Positions 16,953 through 27,483 of a stretch of DNA of 32,000 nt are shown here, piece after piece. Numbering within the stretch: the stretch's first letter is position 1; each line of letters starts with the position of its first letter. Source of the stretch: Pyrodictium abyssi (GTDB lineage: Archaea; Thermoproteota; Thermoprotei_A; Sulfolobales; Pyrodictiaceae). The notes under the pieces are model-generated. The model had not been told where the DNA came from. It saw nothing but the letters and a program-made list of their open reading frames with translations, and did not search any database. The DNA is taken from contig NZ_AP028907.1 of assembly GCF_036323395.1 (NCBI RefSeq), positions 330,001 to 362,000 of the forward strand, in the 5' to 3' direction. Position numbers and translations under genes: made by a program.

Positions 16953-18211
16953 TCGTGGTACCTAGTACTCCTTTCCCAGCTGGCTGTTGTTGTTGCTGCA
17001 CCAGCTCAGCAGAGCTACCGCATAGTGATAGGCTATGACGGTGACCCGGCTGCGGCAAAGGCGGCTGTTAAGGCTGCTGGCTTCAAAATAGTGCGTGAGC
17101 TAGACGTATTCCACGCGATAGTGGTTGAGGTAAAGGGACTGGGCCCAGCAGATGCTGTCGACAAGGCCCGTAAGGGCTTTATGCGCCATGCCAAGAGCCT
17201 GGGCGTTGCACTGCGCTACGCTGAGCCTGACAGGCTCCTCTACGCCCTAGAGCCCAGCACGAGCCCGGACATACAGTGGAACATGGAGATGATTAGTGCC
17301 CCAGCTGTATGGGACTATTACTACCCGCTAGTAGGCGACGCCGCCCTTGGCAACGGTGTTCAGGTGGCGGTGCTCGACACTGGTATCGACTATACGCACC
17401 CGGAGCTCAGCGGTAAGGTCGTGTGGTGTGTCAACACGGCAGATTATCCGTGGACAATAGCTGGTAACCAGCCAAGGTATTGTATTGACCGTAACGGCCA
17501 TGGCACGCATGTGGCTGGTATAATAGCGGCGGCGCTCGACGGTGTCGGGGTAGCTGATGTCGCCCCCTTCTGTGACACTATACGCGATAAAGGTGCTTAG
17601 GAACAGTGGTAGCGGCTATGTGAGTGACATCGCTGAGGGCATCTACTACGCGGTAGCGGGACCAGATGGCATAGTCGGTACATGGGATGATGCAGAAGTG
17701 CTGAGCATGAGCCTAGGCGGGCCCGTCGACGACCCTCTGCTAAGGGACGCCACTTACTGGGCTTACCAGAACGGCGTGATAGTGGTAGCAGCGGCTGGCA
17801 ACGAGGGCGACGGCGACCCCCACGACAGATGAGGTATCCTACCCCGCCCGGTACCCCTGGGTCATAGCAGTAGCGGCAGTAGATATCAACGGTGATAGCC
17901 CCTGGTGGAGCAGCGAGGGCCCCGAGGTGGATGTAGCGGCGCTGGGCGTCGATGTGCTCAGCACCTATCTGCGTGGCGGCTATGAGGTGCTGAGCGGTAC
18001 AAGCATGGCTACACCCCATGTAAGCGGCGTAGTAGCTCTAATGCAGGCACTACGCCTTGCATCCGGCAAGGCCCCGCTGAGCTTCGAGCAGGTCTACGAG
18101 GCTCTCACAGCAACAGCGATAGACCTTGGTCCAGCGGGGTTCGACAACTTCACGGGCTACGGCCTGGTGAACGCATACGCGGCTGTGAACTACGCGCTCC
18201 AGATGCCCTAA
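16953..18211 (+). pseudogene. subtilisin-like (S8) serine protease split over three frames (pseudogene, sequence error, or frameshift-expressed gene)
   Basis: Frame A: VAVLDTGIDYTHPEL and NGHGTHVAGIIAA; frame B (+1): TLYAIKVLRNSG...VLSMSLGG...VVAAAGNEGDGDP; frame C (+1 again): VSYPARYPWVIAVAAVDINGDSPWWSSEG...LSGTSMATPHVSGVVALMQAL. Shifts at 17563-17567 and 17817-17821. Confidence 0.85.
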
Positions 18212-18542
18212 GGGCCCCGTTGCCGCCGACTGTTTTTCCTACAGCCGTGTACCCGCCCTCTTTGGCGCCGCCTTATGCCGGCATATTTGTACATGATATA
18301 AGCGTCAAGGGCCTTCTCTAGCTCCTTCTGGCCCCTTTAGGGCCGGGCTAGCTGCAAGGTGAAGTTTATGGGCCTAGATAACACGGCTTAGGACACGGGG
18401 GGCTAGAAGGCATCGAACCCCGCTGACGCAGTCTACGTGATGAGGGGCTGAGCGGGAAGCCCTCCGTCCAGGATCGGCGGAGGGGATGCTCCAGGAGCCC
18501 CGCACTCTAATCCTAAGGCTCACGTGGCTCTGTCCCAGCAGC

Positions 18543-19607
18543 ATGTCTGAGGGCAATGGCGTCTTGAGGGAGAGAAGACGTGTACAGGTAACCGGGGGAG
18601 GCTCCTACATAGTAACCCTGCCGAAGGAGTGGGTGAGACTACACGGTATCCGTAAGGGTGCTGAAGTAGTTATAGCCTTGGAGCCGGATGGCTCGCTCCG
18701 CATCGAGCCTGTGGGCATGCAGCAGCGCCGCATAGTCTCGGCGCGTATAATGGTTGAAGAGGGCTGGGACTTCTGGCGGATAGCCCGGCGCGTCATATCC
18801 TACTACGTGGCCGGCGCCGACATAATAGAGGTGGTTTTCAGCTCCGTACCAGGCTCTCAGACCGCCAAACAGCTACGCGAGTTTATAGCCAGCAGGCTCA
18901 TCGGAGTAGAGGTCGTAGAGGAGTCCTCCTCGTCGATAGTATTCCAGGTAATAGCGGACATGGCTAGCCTGCCCCTAGAGGCCTCGATAAAACGGCTCAT
19001 CAAGACAGTCGGCTTCATGCTAGAGGATATGATAGAGGGGCTCCGGCAAGGCATACGCGATATACTGGCAGAGGTTGATGAAAGAGATGACGTGGTTGAC
19101 AAGTTCTACATGTTTATATCAAGGCAGCTTATCAGCGTGCTGGCGGGCTACAGGTCGCCTAGCGAGATAGGGCTCAACAACCTGGCCGACGCGAGCATAT
19201 TGATGACCGCGGCTAAGCATCTTGAGAGAGCAGGAGACCATGCATCAATGATAGCTTCTACAGCCATTGAGCTCCTGGATAGGGGTGTAGACTTCAGCCG
19301 GGGCTGTCTTGCCGAGATTCCTTCGCACCTAGAAGAGATAGCGAAACACTACCAGTTGGCCACGTCAACATTCCTAAACCCGAGCCCACCCCGGGCGGAC
19401 GAAGGCATAGAGGAGGGTATACAGCTCAAGAAGAGAAACGAGGATATACTCAAGTCCTTGACTTGTGAGCGCGAGCCGCTCGTCATGGCCCTGGTCCGCA
19501 GGATAGTGGAGAGCAGTAGGCGGATAATAGACTACAATATAGACCTCCTAGAGCTCGCGCTGAATAGGTCTGTGCTCCACGAGCTTTTGAAGGAGAACCC
19601 AAGATAG
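18543..19607 (+). CDS. PhoU-domain / AbrB-like N-terminal DNA-binding domain regulator
   Basis: MSEGNGVLRERRRVQVTGGGSYIVTLPKEWVRLHGIRKGAEVVI is AbrB-like; followed by two helical repeats (LEDMIEGLRQGIRDIL..., LERAGDHASMIASTAIEL) as in PhoU proteins. ATG 18543 is in frame with the provided ORF starting at 18486. Confidence 0.88.
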   Translation: MSEGNGVLRERRRVQVTGGGSYIVTLPKEWVRLHGIRKGAEVVIALEPDGSLRIEPVGMQQRRIVSARIMVEEGWDFWRIARRVISYYVAGADIIEVVFSSVPGSQTAKQLREFIASRLIGVEVVEESSSSIVFQVIADMASLPLEASIKRLIKTVGFMLEDMIEGLRQGIRDILAEVDERDDVVDKFYMFISRQLISVLAGYRSPSEIGLNNLADASILMTAAKHLERAGDHASMIASTAIELLDRGVDFSRGCLAEIPSHLEEIAKHYQLATSTFLNPSPPRADEGIEEGIQLKKRNEDILKSLTCEREPLVMALVRRIVESSRRIIDYNIDLLELALNRSVLHELLKENPR

Positions 19608-19705
19608 CCTAGAACATGTAGGTTTATAGCCTAGCTGGTCCGGCTTAGCAGCCTGGCGTACATGCTGGTATTGAACGTTTTTGGGCTGGAGGTGTAGTAG
19701 AGGAG

Positions 19706-19990
19706 ATGGCACAGCGCCAGCGTGTCAAAACGGTTAGCCCCCTACGAGTACTAAGAGAAGCAGTTGGAAGAGTAATATTCGTCAAGCTCAAGGACGGGAG
19801 TGAGTACATAGGCAAGCTAGACGCCACAGATTCCACCATGAACCTGGTGCTGGACGAGTGTGTCGAGCTTAAGCCAGGCACTATGGAGCCAAAGGTAAAG
19901 TACGGCAGAGTGCTGATACGCGGTAGCCACGTAGTCTACGTCAGCGTGGACTACGAGATAGTAGCTGGCGGCTCGCTACCAATAGGCTGA
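19706..19990 (+). CDS. Sm-like archaeal protein (Lsm/SmAP)
   Basis: [43 protein letters not shown]...[15 protein letters not shown] contains Sm1 and Sm2 motifs. Confidence 0.93.
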   Translation: MAQRQRVKTVSPLRVLREAVGRVIFVKLKDGSEYIGKLDATDSTMNLVLDECVELKPGTMEPKVKYGRVLIRGSHVVYVSVDYEIVAGGSLPIG

Positions 19991-20042
19991 AGCAAATAAA
20001 CGCCGATTACACCTTTAAGGCCCAGCAGCACTGGCTGCCAAC

Positions 20043-21284
20043 GTGGTGAGGCAAGTGGCACGGAACATCGTGGTCGAGAGCATTAGATGGCAGGCAATAG
20101 AAGAGCACGGTGTAGAGCTAGTAGAGAGAAAGGGAACCGGCCACCCCGACACCATAGCAGACGCGGCGGCGGAGGAAGCTAGCCGTATACTCTCGCAGTA
20201 CTACCTAGAACGCTATGGAGCTGTACTGCACCATAACCTCGACAAGGTCCTCGTGGTCGGTGGCCAGGCGGCTCCAAAGTTCGGCGGTGGAGATGTGCTA
20301 CAGCCGATATACATCATAGTGTCTGGCAGGGCTACTACAGAGGTAAGGCTAGAGGACGGCAGCATAGAGAAGGTGCCGATAGGCCCTATAATAATGAAGG
20401 CTGTCAAAGGCTGGATAAAGGAGCACTTCCGATTCCTCGACCCCGAGAAGCACGTGATTGTAGACTACAAGATAGGTCACGGTAGCACCGACCTAGTAGG
20501 CATATTCGAGCTGGGCAAGGGCCAGGTACCGCTGGCGAACGACACAAGTGTCGGTGTAGGATTCGCGCCATTCTCTCATCTTGAGCGCCTAGTGTATGAG
20601 ACGGAAAGGCTGCTAAACAGCAAGGAATTCAAGCAGAAGAACCCAGAGGTAGGAGAAGACATAAAGGTAATGGGCCTACGCCGGGGCAAGAAGATAGAAC
20701 TCACCATAGCCGCTGCGCTCATCTCGAGCCTAGTATCCGACGTGGATCACTACCTGTCGGTAAAGGACGCTATACGTGAGGCAGTACTCGACCTAGCAAG
20801 CAAGATAGCGCCAGACTACGACGTAGAAGTCTACGTGAACACTGCGGACAGGCCAGACAAAGGCATAGTGTACCTAACGGTCACGGGGACGAGCGCCGAG
20901 CACGGCGACGACGGTATGACTGGCCGCGGCAACAGGAGCTACGGCCTCATAACCCCGCTGCGTCCGATGAGCCTCGAGGCAGCAGCGGGCAAGAACCCGA
21001 TAAACCATGTCGGCAAGATATACAACGTAATGGCTATGAACATCGCAAGAAGGGTCTACGAGAGCGTCAAGGGCATACGCGAGGTCTATGTGGAGCTGCT
21101 AAGCCAGATAGGCAGGCCGCTAAATGACCCACTAGTAGCCAACGTCAAGGTTCTAGCAGAGAAGCCCGGAGAGCCACTACCGAGCGACGCTGTGCGCGAG
21201 ATAGAGGCGATAGTAGAGGAGGAGCTAGACAGCTACCACAAGATAACAAGGCTATTCATTGAAGGCAAGATCAGTGTCTTCTAG
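20043..21284 (+). CDS. mat: archaeal-type S-adenosylmethionine synthetase
   Basis: [32 protein letters not shown]...[14 protein letters not shown]...[13 protein letters not shown]...[45 protein letters not shown]. Confidence 0.97.
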   Translation: MVRQVARNIVVESIRWQAIEEHGVELVERKGTGHPDTIADAAAEEASRILSQYYLERYGAVLHHNLDKVLVVGGQAAPKFGGGDVLQPIYIIVSGRATTEVRLEDGSIEKVPIGPIIMKAVKGWIKEHFRFLDPEKHVIVDYKIGHGSTDLVGIFELGKGQVPLANDTSVGVGFAPFSHLERLVYETERLLNSKEFKQKNPEVGEDIKVMGLRRGKKIELTIAAALISSLVSDVDHYLSVKDAIREAVLDLASKIAPDYDVEVYVNTADRPDKGIVYLTVTGTSAEHGDDGMTGRGNRSYGLITPLRPMSLEAAAGKNPINHVGKIYNVMAMNIARRVYESVKGIREVYVELLSQIGRPLNDPLVANVKVLAEKPGEPLPSDAVREIEAIVEEELDSYHKITRLFIEGKISVF

Positions 21285-23327
21285 CAACAGCTTCATCCTC
21301 TTAGCGCGGTACTCCTCAAACATCCTCTTTACATCAGCCAATGCTAGCTCACGCTTCCTCGCACGCTTCTTAGCCTCCTCTATCTCGCGTAGCCTGTAAT
21401 AGGCGTCGACAATGATTCTCTCGTCTAGCAGTACTAGCCAGTTCAGCCTCTTCACCTCGTAGCTCTCGAGAGGGAGAACCGGCACGCCATGGGCCTCTAT
21501 GACGTCTCTACGGTTGAGCGCCTCTCCGGGGACGAGTACTGCTAGCAGTAGCTTTGAGACAGATGAGCCGTGCTGGCTCCACTGCACAGGGTTGATAGCA
21601 TCCATAACGGCTACTATGCGTCCATAGCTCCTGGCGAGGCTGGCAAGTGCCTCGACGGACTCGTTATCGAGCTCACGGAGCCTTAGCGCCGGGATGGCCC
21701 TCCCTGATGCTACTAGGAAGAGGGCTTCCCGCAACCCGGAAATCTCAGCGTTCAGAGCCCCGGCTTCGCTACGCAGCTTCTCTATCTCGGCGCGGAGAAG
21801 CCGGACCTCGTTAGAGAGACGGTTCACCTCCCGATCCTTCTCGAGGCTTTCTCTGTACTCTGTCTGTAGCAGTCTATACTCGGCTTCGAGGCGCTGCAAC
21901 TGCTCGTTCAGCTCCCGGAGCCTCTTGCGCAGCGCCATGTTCTCAGCTCGTAGCTTCTCGAGCTCCATGCGTAGGCGGGCCGCGTTGTCGGCCGCGTCTA
22001 CCTGCTGCGTGGCTTCGCTCTCGGTTTTGTTTCGGCGCACGCTCTTTACTAGATAACTGCGCGTGCCTATGTCGTTTAGTGCAGCGTGTATGGCACGTTC
22101 AACAGCCTCGGCTATAGTCGCGCCTCTTATCACGTCCGCTTTTATCGCGTCAACGTCTATGTCTATGCCTAGTCTAGCGGTATAGGACTCGACCTGCCTC
22201 ATCTTAGACTCGTGGATGTGGAGAGCCTTTATCGCGGCAGCCAGCGCGTCTCTAACGTGAGCATCGGCCACCTTGCGTAGCTCTGGGAACCGTTTGGTGT
22301 ACTCCTCCACTATGGAGCGCTTCTCCTCCACACTGAGAGAGACAGGAGGCTCATAGATGGGCACGCCTATCGCAGCTGCGAGTTTACGGACAAACTCGGG
22401 GGCAGGACGCACATCGGTAGCTACCATAACGGGTATACCGTAGCGGGTTATGAGCTCTATTACCTCGCTACGGTCCATGCCGCGCCTGCTGAGGGCGAAC
22501 ACTGGGCGCCCGTTGAGATCAACAGCTGCAACCCCCGTAGATATGCCTGGGTCGATGCCCACTATTATGTAGGGCTTCGTCTGGTCTAGCTGCTCAGACA
22601 CAGTGTTTTCGAATACTATGCGGCTGCTGTAAACCGGCTGTATCTCTATCCTGACATCGTTGTCCTCATGCGGCTTTATTACCCCGGTAAGACGGCTTCT
22701 CGGGGCATAGACCACGAAGACGGCGCTATCTAGGCCTCCGCCACTCTTACGAAACAATAGGTCGTAGTCTAGACGGTGGCGATCCAGCAGACGCTTAATA
22801 TCCTTCACAGCCCTAAGTATCGCTGAGCGCACCCTACGCTGGTACCGAGGACTACTCATGCCTCCATGCTTTAGTCTCCGGGACTTAGCCACCACTATGC
22901 GCGTCTTCTCCTCGACGAAGCGTACCCGTGAGCCGTAGCCCATGGAGGCGAGCATTGCTGCCAAGTACGCCGTACGTGCTGGCGAGAGCTTCCCGGAGCC
23001 ACCGACGTCGAGGCCGGCCAGCCTGGCCAGCTTGCGTAGGTTGACGAGCGAGCCGTCCGGTAGCCGGGTAGGCTGTACTATGTTCAAGTCTGGAGGAAGC
23101 ATGGACGTTATCTTTACGAGCTCTTTCTCCGTGGAGGCGAGCTCGTATATGTTGTCTACGGCCAGGATATCCGGGCGATACTCCCACACAAGCCTTATGA
23201 GGCGGTGAAGGGGGACCGACTCGTACTTGGCCACTAGCTTCCCGTCCTCGACGACCGCTACGGAGTAGCACCTAGCTCCGCTACTGCAGCCGGGCTCAAC
23301 ATCTATACCGATTGCACGCAGAGACAA
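21252..23327 (-). CDS. COG2433/DUF460-like protein: RNase H-fold-like N-terminus plus long coiled coil
   Basis: [11 protein letters not shown]...[11 protein letters not shown]...[12 protein letters not shown]; second region [25 protein letters not shown]; then a long Glu/Leu/Arg coiled coil. Likely TTG start at 23327 rather than the upstream ORF start at 23444. Confidence 0.85.
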   Translation of the reverse strand: MSLRAIGIDVEPGCSSGARCYSVAVVEDGKLVAKYESVPLHRLIRLVWEYRPDILAVDNIYELASTEKELVKITSMLPPDLNIVQPTRLPDGSLVNLRKLARLAGLDVGGSGKLSPARTAYLAAMLASMGYGSRVRFVEEKTRIVVAKSRRLKHGGMSSPRYQRRVRSAILRAVKDIKRLLDRHRLDYDLLFRKSGGGLDSAVFVVYAPRSRLTGVIKPHEDNDVRIEIQPVYSSRIVFENTVSEQLDQTKPYIIVGIDPGISTGVAAVDLNGRPVFALSRRGMDRSEVIELITRYGIPVMVATDVRPAPEFVRKLAAAIGVPIYEPPVSLSVEEKRSIVEEYTKRFPELRKVADAHVRDALAAAIKALHIHESKMRQVESYTARLGIDIDVDAIKADVIRGATIAEAVERAIHAALNDIGTRSYLVKSVRRNKTESEATQQVDAADNAARLRMELEKLRAENMALRKRLRELNEQLQRLEAEYRLLQTEYRESLEKDREVNRLSNEVRLLRAEIEKLRSEAGALNAEISGLREALFLVASGRAIPALRLRELDNESVEALASLARSYGRIVAVMDAINPVQWSQHGSSVSKLLLAVLVPGEALNRRDVIEAHGVPVLPLESYEVKRLNWLVLLDERIIVDAYYRLREIEEAKKRARKRELALADVKRMFEEYRAKRMKLLLEDTDLAFNE

Positions 23328-23833
23328 CCACCCCAGGGCACGGGCAGCGCAGCCCCAAAGCTCTACAGGGACACTAGAGGCGGGCACGCGGCAGGGGCTG
23401 GCAGGCCCCCAGGTAGATACTAACACACTGTTCCACAGCAGCACCCTCTAATAGCCGGTACTGTCCTAGTCATAGCCTAAACTGGGCCCCGCCGGTCTCA
23501 CACCCGCCGAGACCCGGCTACGGGGCTATGAAGCGGGGCGGTCAGGCGGGGCACAAAGCAAACACGTTTATCACAGGTCTCCACAGCCCATACACCCTGG
23601 GGCGGGATGAGCGCGCCCCCTCGCGCGCCCCTTGCCCGCCGAGGCTACGGGGCGCGCCGGTGACGTGTACCGGGCCGGACGCGACCGCGCACCCGCGCCT
23701 CGTAGTGCTGCTCTTGGGCCTGGATGTGGCAACAGCGAGGCTCCATGGCTGCCCGTCCTCCCGTGCTAGCGGCATGCATGTGGCAACAATTTTGTGGAGT
23801 GCTCTCCTCGTGTGTCTCCGGTGACACCTGGCC

Positions 23834-24247
23834 TTGACTGTAGAACGTGGTCCTTGTGGCGAGAAGGTAGGGAGGGCGTCCGACGTAGAGGCGAAGGAGG
23901 CCACGCTAGGGAGTGGCGAGAAGGTACCCGGGGTATACATACGCTGGCTCATATCCAGTGGGGATGGCGCGCCTACATTCGCTATGAGGCTCTTCACGGT
24001 CGAGCCAGGCGCTCATATACCAGGGCACAAGCATCCATGGGAGCACGAGATATACGTGCTCCGGGGCTCTATGCGTGTAAGGATAGGCCAGAGAGAATAC
24101 AGTGTGAGCAGTGGAAGCTTCGTATACGTACCGCCGAACGTAGAGCACGAGTACTTTGCCGGCGAGGATGGCGTAGAGTTCCTCTGCATAATCCCGCTAA
24201 GACCCAGCGTGGATGACAGCTACAACCCTTGCAAGCCCAGTGCCTGA
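23834..24247 (+). CDS. cupin-domain protein
   Basis: FTVEPGAHIPGHKHPWEHEIYVLRGSMRVRIGQREYSVSSGSFVYVPPNVEHEYFAGEDG contains both cupin motifs. Confidence 0.93.
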   Translation: MTVERGPCGEKVGRASDVEAKEATLGSGEKVPGVYIRWLISSGDGAPTFAMRLFTVEPGAHIPGHKHPWEHEIYVLRGSMRVRIGQREYSVSSGSFVYVPPNVEHEYFAGEDGVEFLCIIPLRPSVDDSYNPCKPSA

Positions 24248-24299
24248 GTAAGAAACTTGAAACCCTGGATGCGGCCGACTCCGAGGGTGAGCCAGGGCC

Positions 24300-24983
24300 G
24301 TGCCCCGTGTGCCAGTAAAGCTCGTCACGTGGGAGGAGGTAGTCGAGTGGAGCCGTGGCCTCGCCCGCGTAATAAAGCAGTCCGGCTACAAGCCAACCGT
24401 GATAATAGCTGTCGCGCGCGGCGGCTACGTAGCTGCTAGGCTGCTGTGCGACTTCCTGGGAGTCGAGAACCTGCTAAGCATACAGAGCCAGCACTGGACA
24501 GAAGCGGCAAAAGCCTCAGAAAAAGCTATGCTAAAGTTCCCCTACAAGGTTGACCTACAGGGGCATAAGGCCCTCCTGGTTGACGACATAGTTGACACAG
24601 GTGAAACACTAAAGCTAGCACGCGACTACATAGCCAAGGAATGGAGGCCCGACGACCTGAGAATAGCCACGCTGCAGTGGATAAGCCCAGTGGCCAAGCT
24701 GAAGCCCGACTACTACTACATAGAGGTCAAGGAGTGGGTCTGGTTCCAGTACCCGTGGACACGTCTCGAGGACGTAACACAGTTCATACGCAGGATGCTG
24801 TCAGAACACAGCAAGGAAACAGGACAGACAGAGTGGAGCTACGACGAGATAAAGAGCCTATTCAAGGAATGGTACGGCATAGAGGTAGAGGAGTTCTACT
24901 ACCAGGACGCTCTAGAAGCGCTAGTCGAGTCAGGATTCCTAGAGAAGGCTGGCGACAGGTATAGGCTCCGCAGCAGCCCTTAG
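24300..24983 (+). CDS. purine-type phosphoribosyltransferase (xanthine/hypoxanthine PRT-like)
   Basis: Type I PRT motif KALLVDDIVDTGETL; PTVIIAVARGGYVAARLLCDFLG; VKEWVWFQYPW. Confidence 0.88.
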   Translation: MPRVPVKLVTWEEVVEWSRGLARVIKQSGYKPTVIIAVARGGYVAARLLCDFLGVENLLSIQSQHWTEAAKASEKAMLKFPYKVDLQGHKALLVDDIVDTGETLKLARDYIAKEWRPDDLRIATLQWISPVAKLKPDYYYIEVKEWVWFQYPWTRLEDVTQFIRRMLSEHSKETGQTEWSYDEIKSLFKEWYGIEVEEFYYQDALEALVESGFLEKAGDRYRLRSSP

Positions 24984-25135
24984 ACATGAGCCCGGGTGGT
25001 GATGTAACCGGCTATCGCGGAGCCCGCTAGGGGACTATGAAGAATTTGGCCTTTGCTGAGCCCCACACCTATTCTCCAGCACAGCCCCTGCTTTCTGCCG
25101 GCGCTGGCCCCGATACCCGCGCTAGGCGATGAGCT

Positions 25136-26236
25136 ATGAGTGATAGTAGCCAGGGCCGCGCCTTGGGGGCTGAGCTGCCCCGCGCCCCTGGCGCGGTGGA
25201 GGCGGCCAAGATAAGACGCTACGAGACAGTAGACATTGCCGAGAGAATAGCCGTGATATCGCCGGAGGCGTTAAAGCTAACCAACTATCCACTAAGGCAG
25301 CCCGTCACAGCGTTTAATCCATCACTCCACGTAGCTGGCAATGAGCTAAGGCTCTTCATACGTGTCACCGTGGGCTACTACCGCTATGCCTCAGCTGTGG
25401 CGCTCGCCCGCCTCAGCCTCGAGGATATAATGACGGAGAAACGTGTACCCGGCAGCATAGAGGCAAGCATAGTGGTGTATCCCTCGACACGGTACGACAT
25501 ATGGGGCGTAGAGGACCCCCGCGTATACCAGCTCGGCGAGAGGCTCTACATGACCTACACGGGGCGTACAGCCTCATACTTCGACGCTGCATCCACGGGG
25601 CGTACGATACCCGTCACAGCCGTCTCGGAGGATGGAGGCCATACGTGGAGGAAAAGCTTCATACATGTAGTGTCAAGCGGGCTGGCAGGCAAAGTAGTCA
25701 GTGACAAGAACGCGTTTATGTACGAAGTAGACGGCTCAAGGCTGTTCTTCCACAGGCTACACCTGGTGAGCGGCGAGTTCCTAACCATTGTGAGCCGTGT
25801 CGAGGAAGGAGGAGAAACGGGCGACGGGCTCCGTGAACTAGTATCGAGCAGTAGTAGCGTAGTCGTTGAGTCTGCCGCCTTTGAGTCGAAGACCGGCTGG
25901 GCGGCTCCTCCGGTTAGAGTAGGCAGCAGAGACCTCCTAGTCCTCTTACACGGTGTCAACAGGGACGGCGTCTACCGGGTATTCGCCGTGCTTCTCGAGC
26001 ATAGCCGAAGCGAGGGTACAGTCGTGAAGGCTGTAACCCCAAGGTACATAATGGAGCCCCGCGAGCTGTACGAGGTATACGGCGATAGACCGTACGTGGT
26101 ATTCCCCTGTGGCGCCTCGCTTGTAGACGACTCTACGCTCTTGCTGAGCTATGGCGCGGCAGACCAGTTCGTAGGCCTCGCAGCTATAGATCTCGACGGT
26201 CTACTCGCTGAGCTCGATCGTGGCCGGATATATTAG
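25136..26236 (+). CDS. GH130-like glycoside phosphorylase/hydrolase family protein
   Basis: VYPSTRYDIWGVEDPRVYQLGERLYMTYTGRT, GHTWRKSF, SKTGWAAPPVRVGSRDLLVLLHGV, PCGASLVDDSTLLLSYGAADQFVGLA match the five-bladed GH130 pattern. Confidence 0.8.
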   Translation: MSDSSQGRALGAELPRAPGAVEAAKIRRYETVDIAERIAVISPEALKLTNYPLRQPVTAFNPSLHVAGNELRLFIRVTVGYYRYASAVALARLSLEDIMTEKRVPGSIEASIVVYPSTRYDIWGVEDPRVYQLGERLYMTYTGRTASYFDAASTGRTIPVTAVSEDGGHTWRKSFIHVVSSGLAGKVVSDKNAFMYEVDGSRLFFHRLHLVSGEFLTIVSRVEEGGETGDGLRELVSSSSSVVVESAAFESKTGWAAPPVRVGSRDLLVLLHGVNRDGVYRVFAVLLEHSRSEGTVVKAVTPRYIMEPRELYEVYGDRPYVVFPCGASLVDDSTLLLSYGAADQFVGLAAIDLDGLLAELDRGRIY

Positions 26237-27338
26237 CCGGCTCCTCCACCTCGAGGCCCGCCATCCTAGCAGCTCTCACAAAGTCTCTTGGCGACAGAGG
26301 CAGCCAGCTGGCAAGCTCCTCGTAGAGGCTCCACGGCACCTTCTTCCTCCTACCCTGGCTCCACCGGGCCAGCTCCACATAGGCGCGGAGCCTGGCGTCA
26401 CGTGGGCTCATAACGCTTCTTATCGCCTCCTCGACGTCGCCGCACGTCTCGTAGCGCGCCTTAAGTATAATCTCGGCAAGCATGTTCAGCCTTGAGGGTA
26501 CACCGTGTATGCTTCCCCGGAGCGCTAGCTTCCGCGGCTCAGCGAGACCCCGGAGCATAAGCCTCCTAGTCTCGCTGGGCCTGGGGAGCCGGTCGACTAT
26601 ACCCCCTATTATGAACGCGTCAGCCTCAAGCACGTCGCTAGGCCTTAGCTCCTGCTCCGCATTGGGGTCCAGCAGGATTATTCTGCGTGCGCCTCGGAGA
26701 AGCGCGGCCTCGTCGGATGGTAGTAGCGAGTAGTCTACTAGGCCGCGTCCTATGAACATGCGCAGCCACTCATAGGCGCCTGGGGGCCCGCCGGCGAGGA
26801 GCAAATGGCGGTCCCATAGGTATCTCCGCACCACGCCCAGGGTAGCGCCCACCTGGCGTCTAAGGCTCCGGAGCTCGGTCATGGATACGTGCTTGTCTAC
26901 AAGACTAAGGTCTATCACTATGAGCGGGAGCGGCTCTGGCAGCCGCTGGAGCAGCTCGCTGCGCCAGTCGGCCTCGGGGGTGTAGACGGCATCGGCTCGG
27001 GAGCCGCCTCTGCCCGCGATGTAGCGGAAAACGGCGCCACGGTACTCCTCGCAGAACCTCTCTGAGCCGGTCCAGCGGGAGGCCTCAACAAAGCCCCCGC
27101 CCCAGCTCAGGATACGCACAAGGAGCTCCTGGAACGGGTTGGACTTGACCCTGCCGCTATCCAGGTGGACAAGGCTCCCGAGCGAGTACCAGCCGCGGCC
27201 CTGTAGAGCATCCAATAGCCTGTACCGGGGCAGCTCCCTGTAGCACTTTTCACCGCAGCAGCGGCGTGGATCAGCTACCGTGAGGCACTTCATAGCCCAG
27301 CTACCACGGCTCAGTATGGGGGTGAGGAGGCTCATCAA
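26184..27338 (-). CDS. archaeal Trm10-like tRNA (position 9) methyltransferase, SPOUT family
   Basis: PLPLIVIDLSLVDKHVSMTELRSLRRQVGATLGVVRRYLWDRHLLLAGG...EADAFIIGGIVDRLPRPSETRRL matches Trm10-type SPOUT layout. Start uncertain (MKCLTVADPRRCC... is an alternative). Confidence 0.75.
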   Translation of the reverse strand: MMSLLTPILSRGSWAMKCLTVADPRRCCGEKCYRELPRYRLLDALQGRGWYSLGSLVHLDSGRVKSNPFQELLVRILSWGGGFVEASRWTGSERFCEEYRGAVFRYIAGRGGSRADAVYTPEADWRSELLQRLPEPLPLIVIDLSLVDKHVSMTELRSLRRQVGATLGVVRRYLWDRHLLLAGGPPGAYEWLRMFIGRGLVDYSLLPSDEAALLRGARRIILLDPNAEQELRPSDVLEADAFIIGGIVDRLPRPSETRRLMLRGLAEPRKLALRGSIHGVPSRLNMLAEIILKARYETCGDVEEAIRSVMSPRDARLRAYVELARWSQGRRKKVPWSLYEELASWLPLSPRDFVRAARMAGLEVEEPANISGHDRAQRVDRRDL

Positions 27339-27483
27339 CTCCGGTTAAGCGTCTCCCCAGCTATATCCTCTGGCTCCCAGCATCCATGCAGACCTCTGGA
27401 TAAGACTTTAATAACGTAACACTAATGCAAATCCTCGGCGCGGCTCACATAGGGGGCCGGAGAGGCTGGAGGAAGGGGCACAG

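Noticed and set aside
18435-18470. GTGATGA-gggg-CTGA as a k-turn or C/D element
   Set aside because: The flanks do not pair and the spacing is wrong for a guide RNA.
23465-23833. RNase P RNA or SRP (7S) RNA in the GC-rich block
   Set aside because: No recognisable RNase P conserved regions or SRP helix 8 GGAAGG/GGAGCAGC-type motif on either strand; kept only as an unassigned ncRNA candidate.
24985-25135. GTGATGT...CTATGAAG...CTGA as a box C/D sRNA
   Set aside because: Only degenerate C boxes, no D' box and no clear terminal stem.
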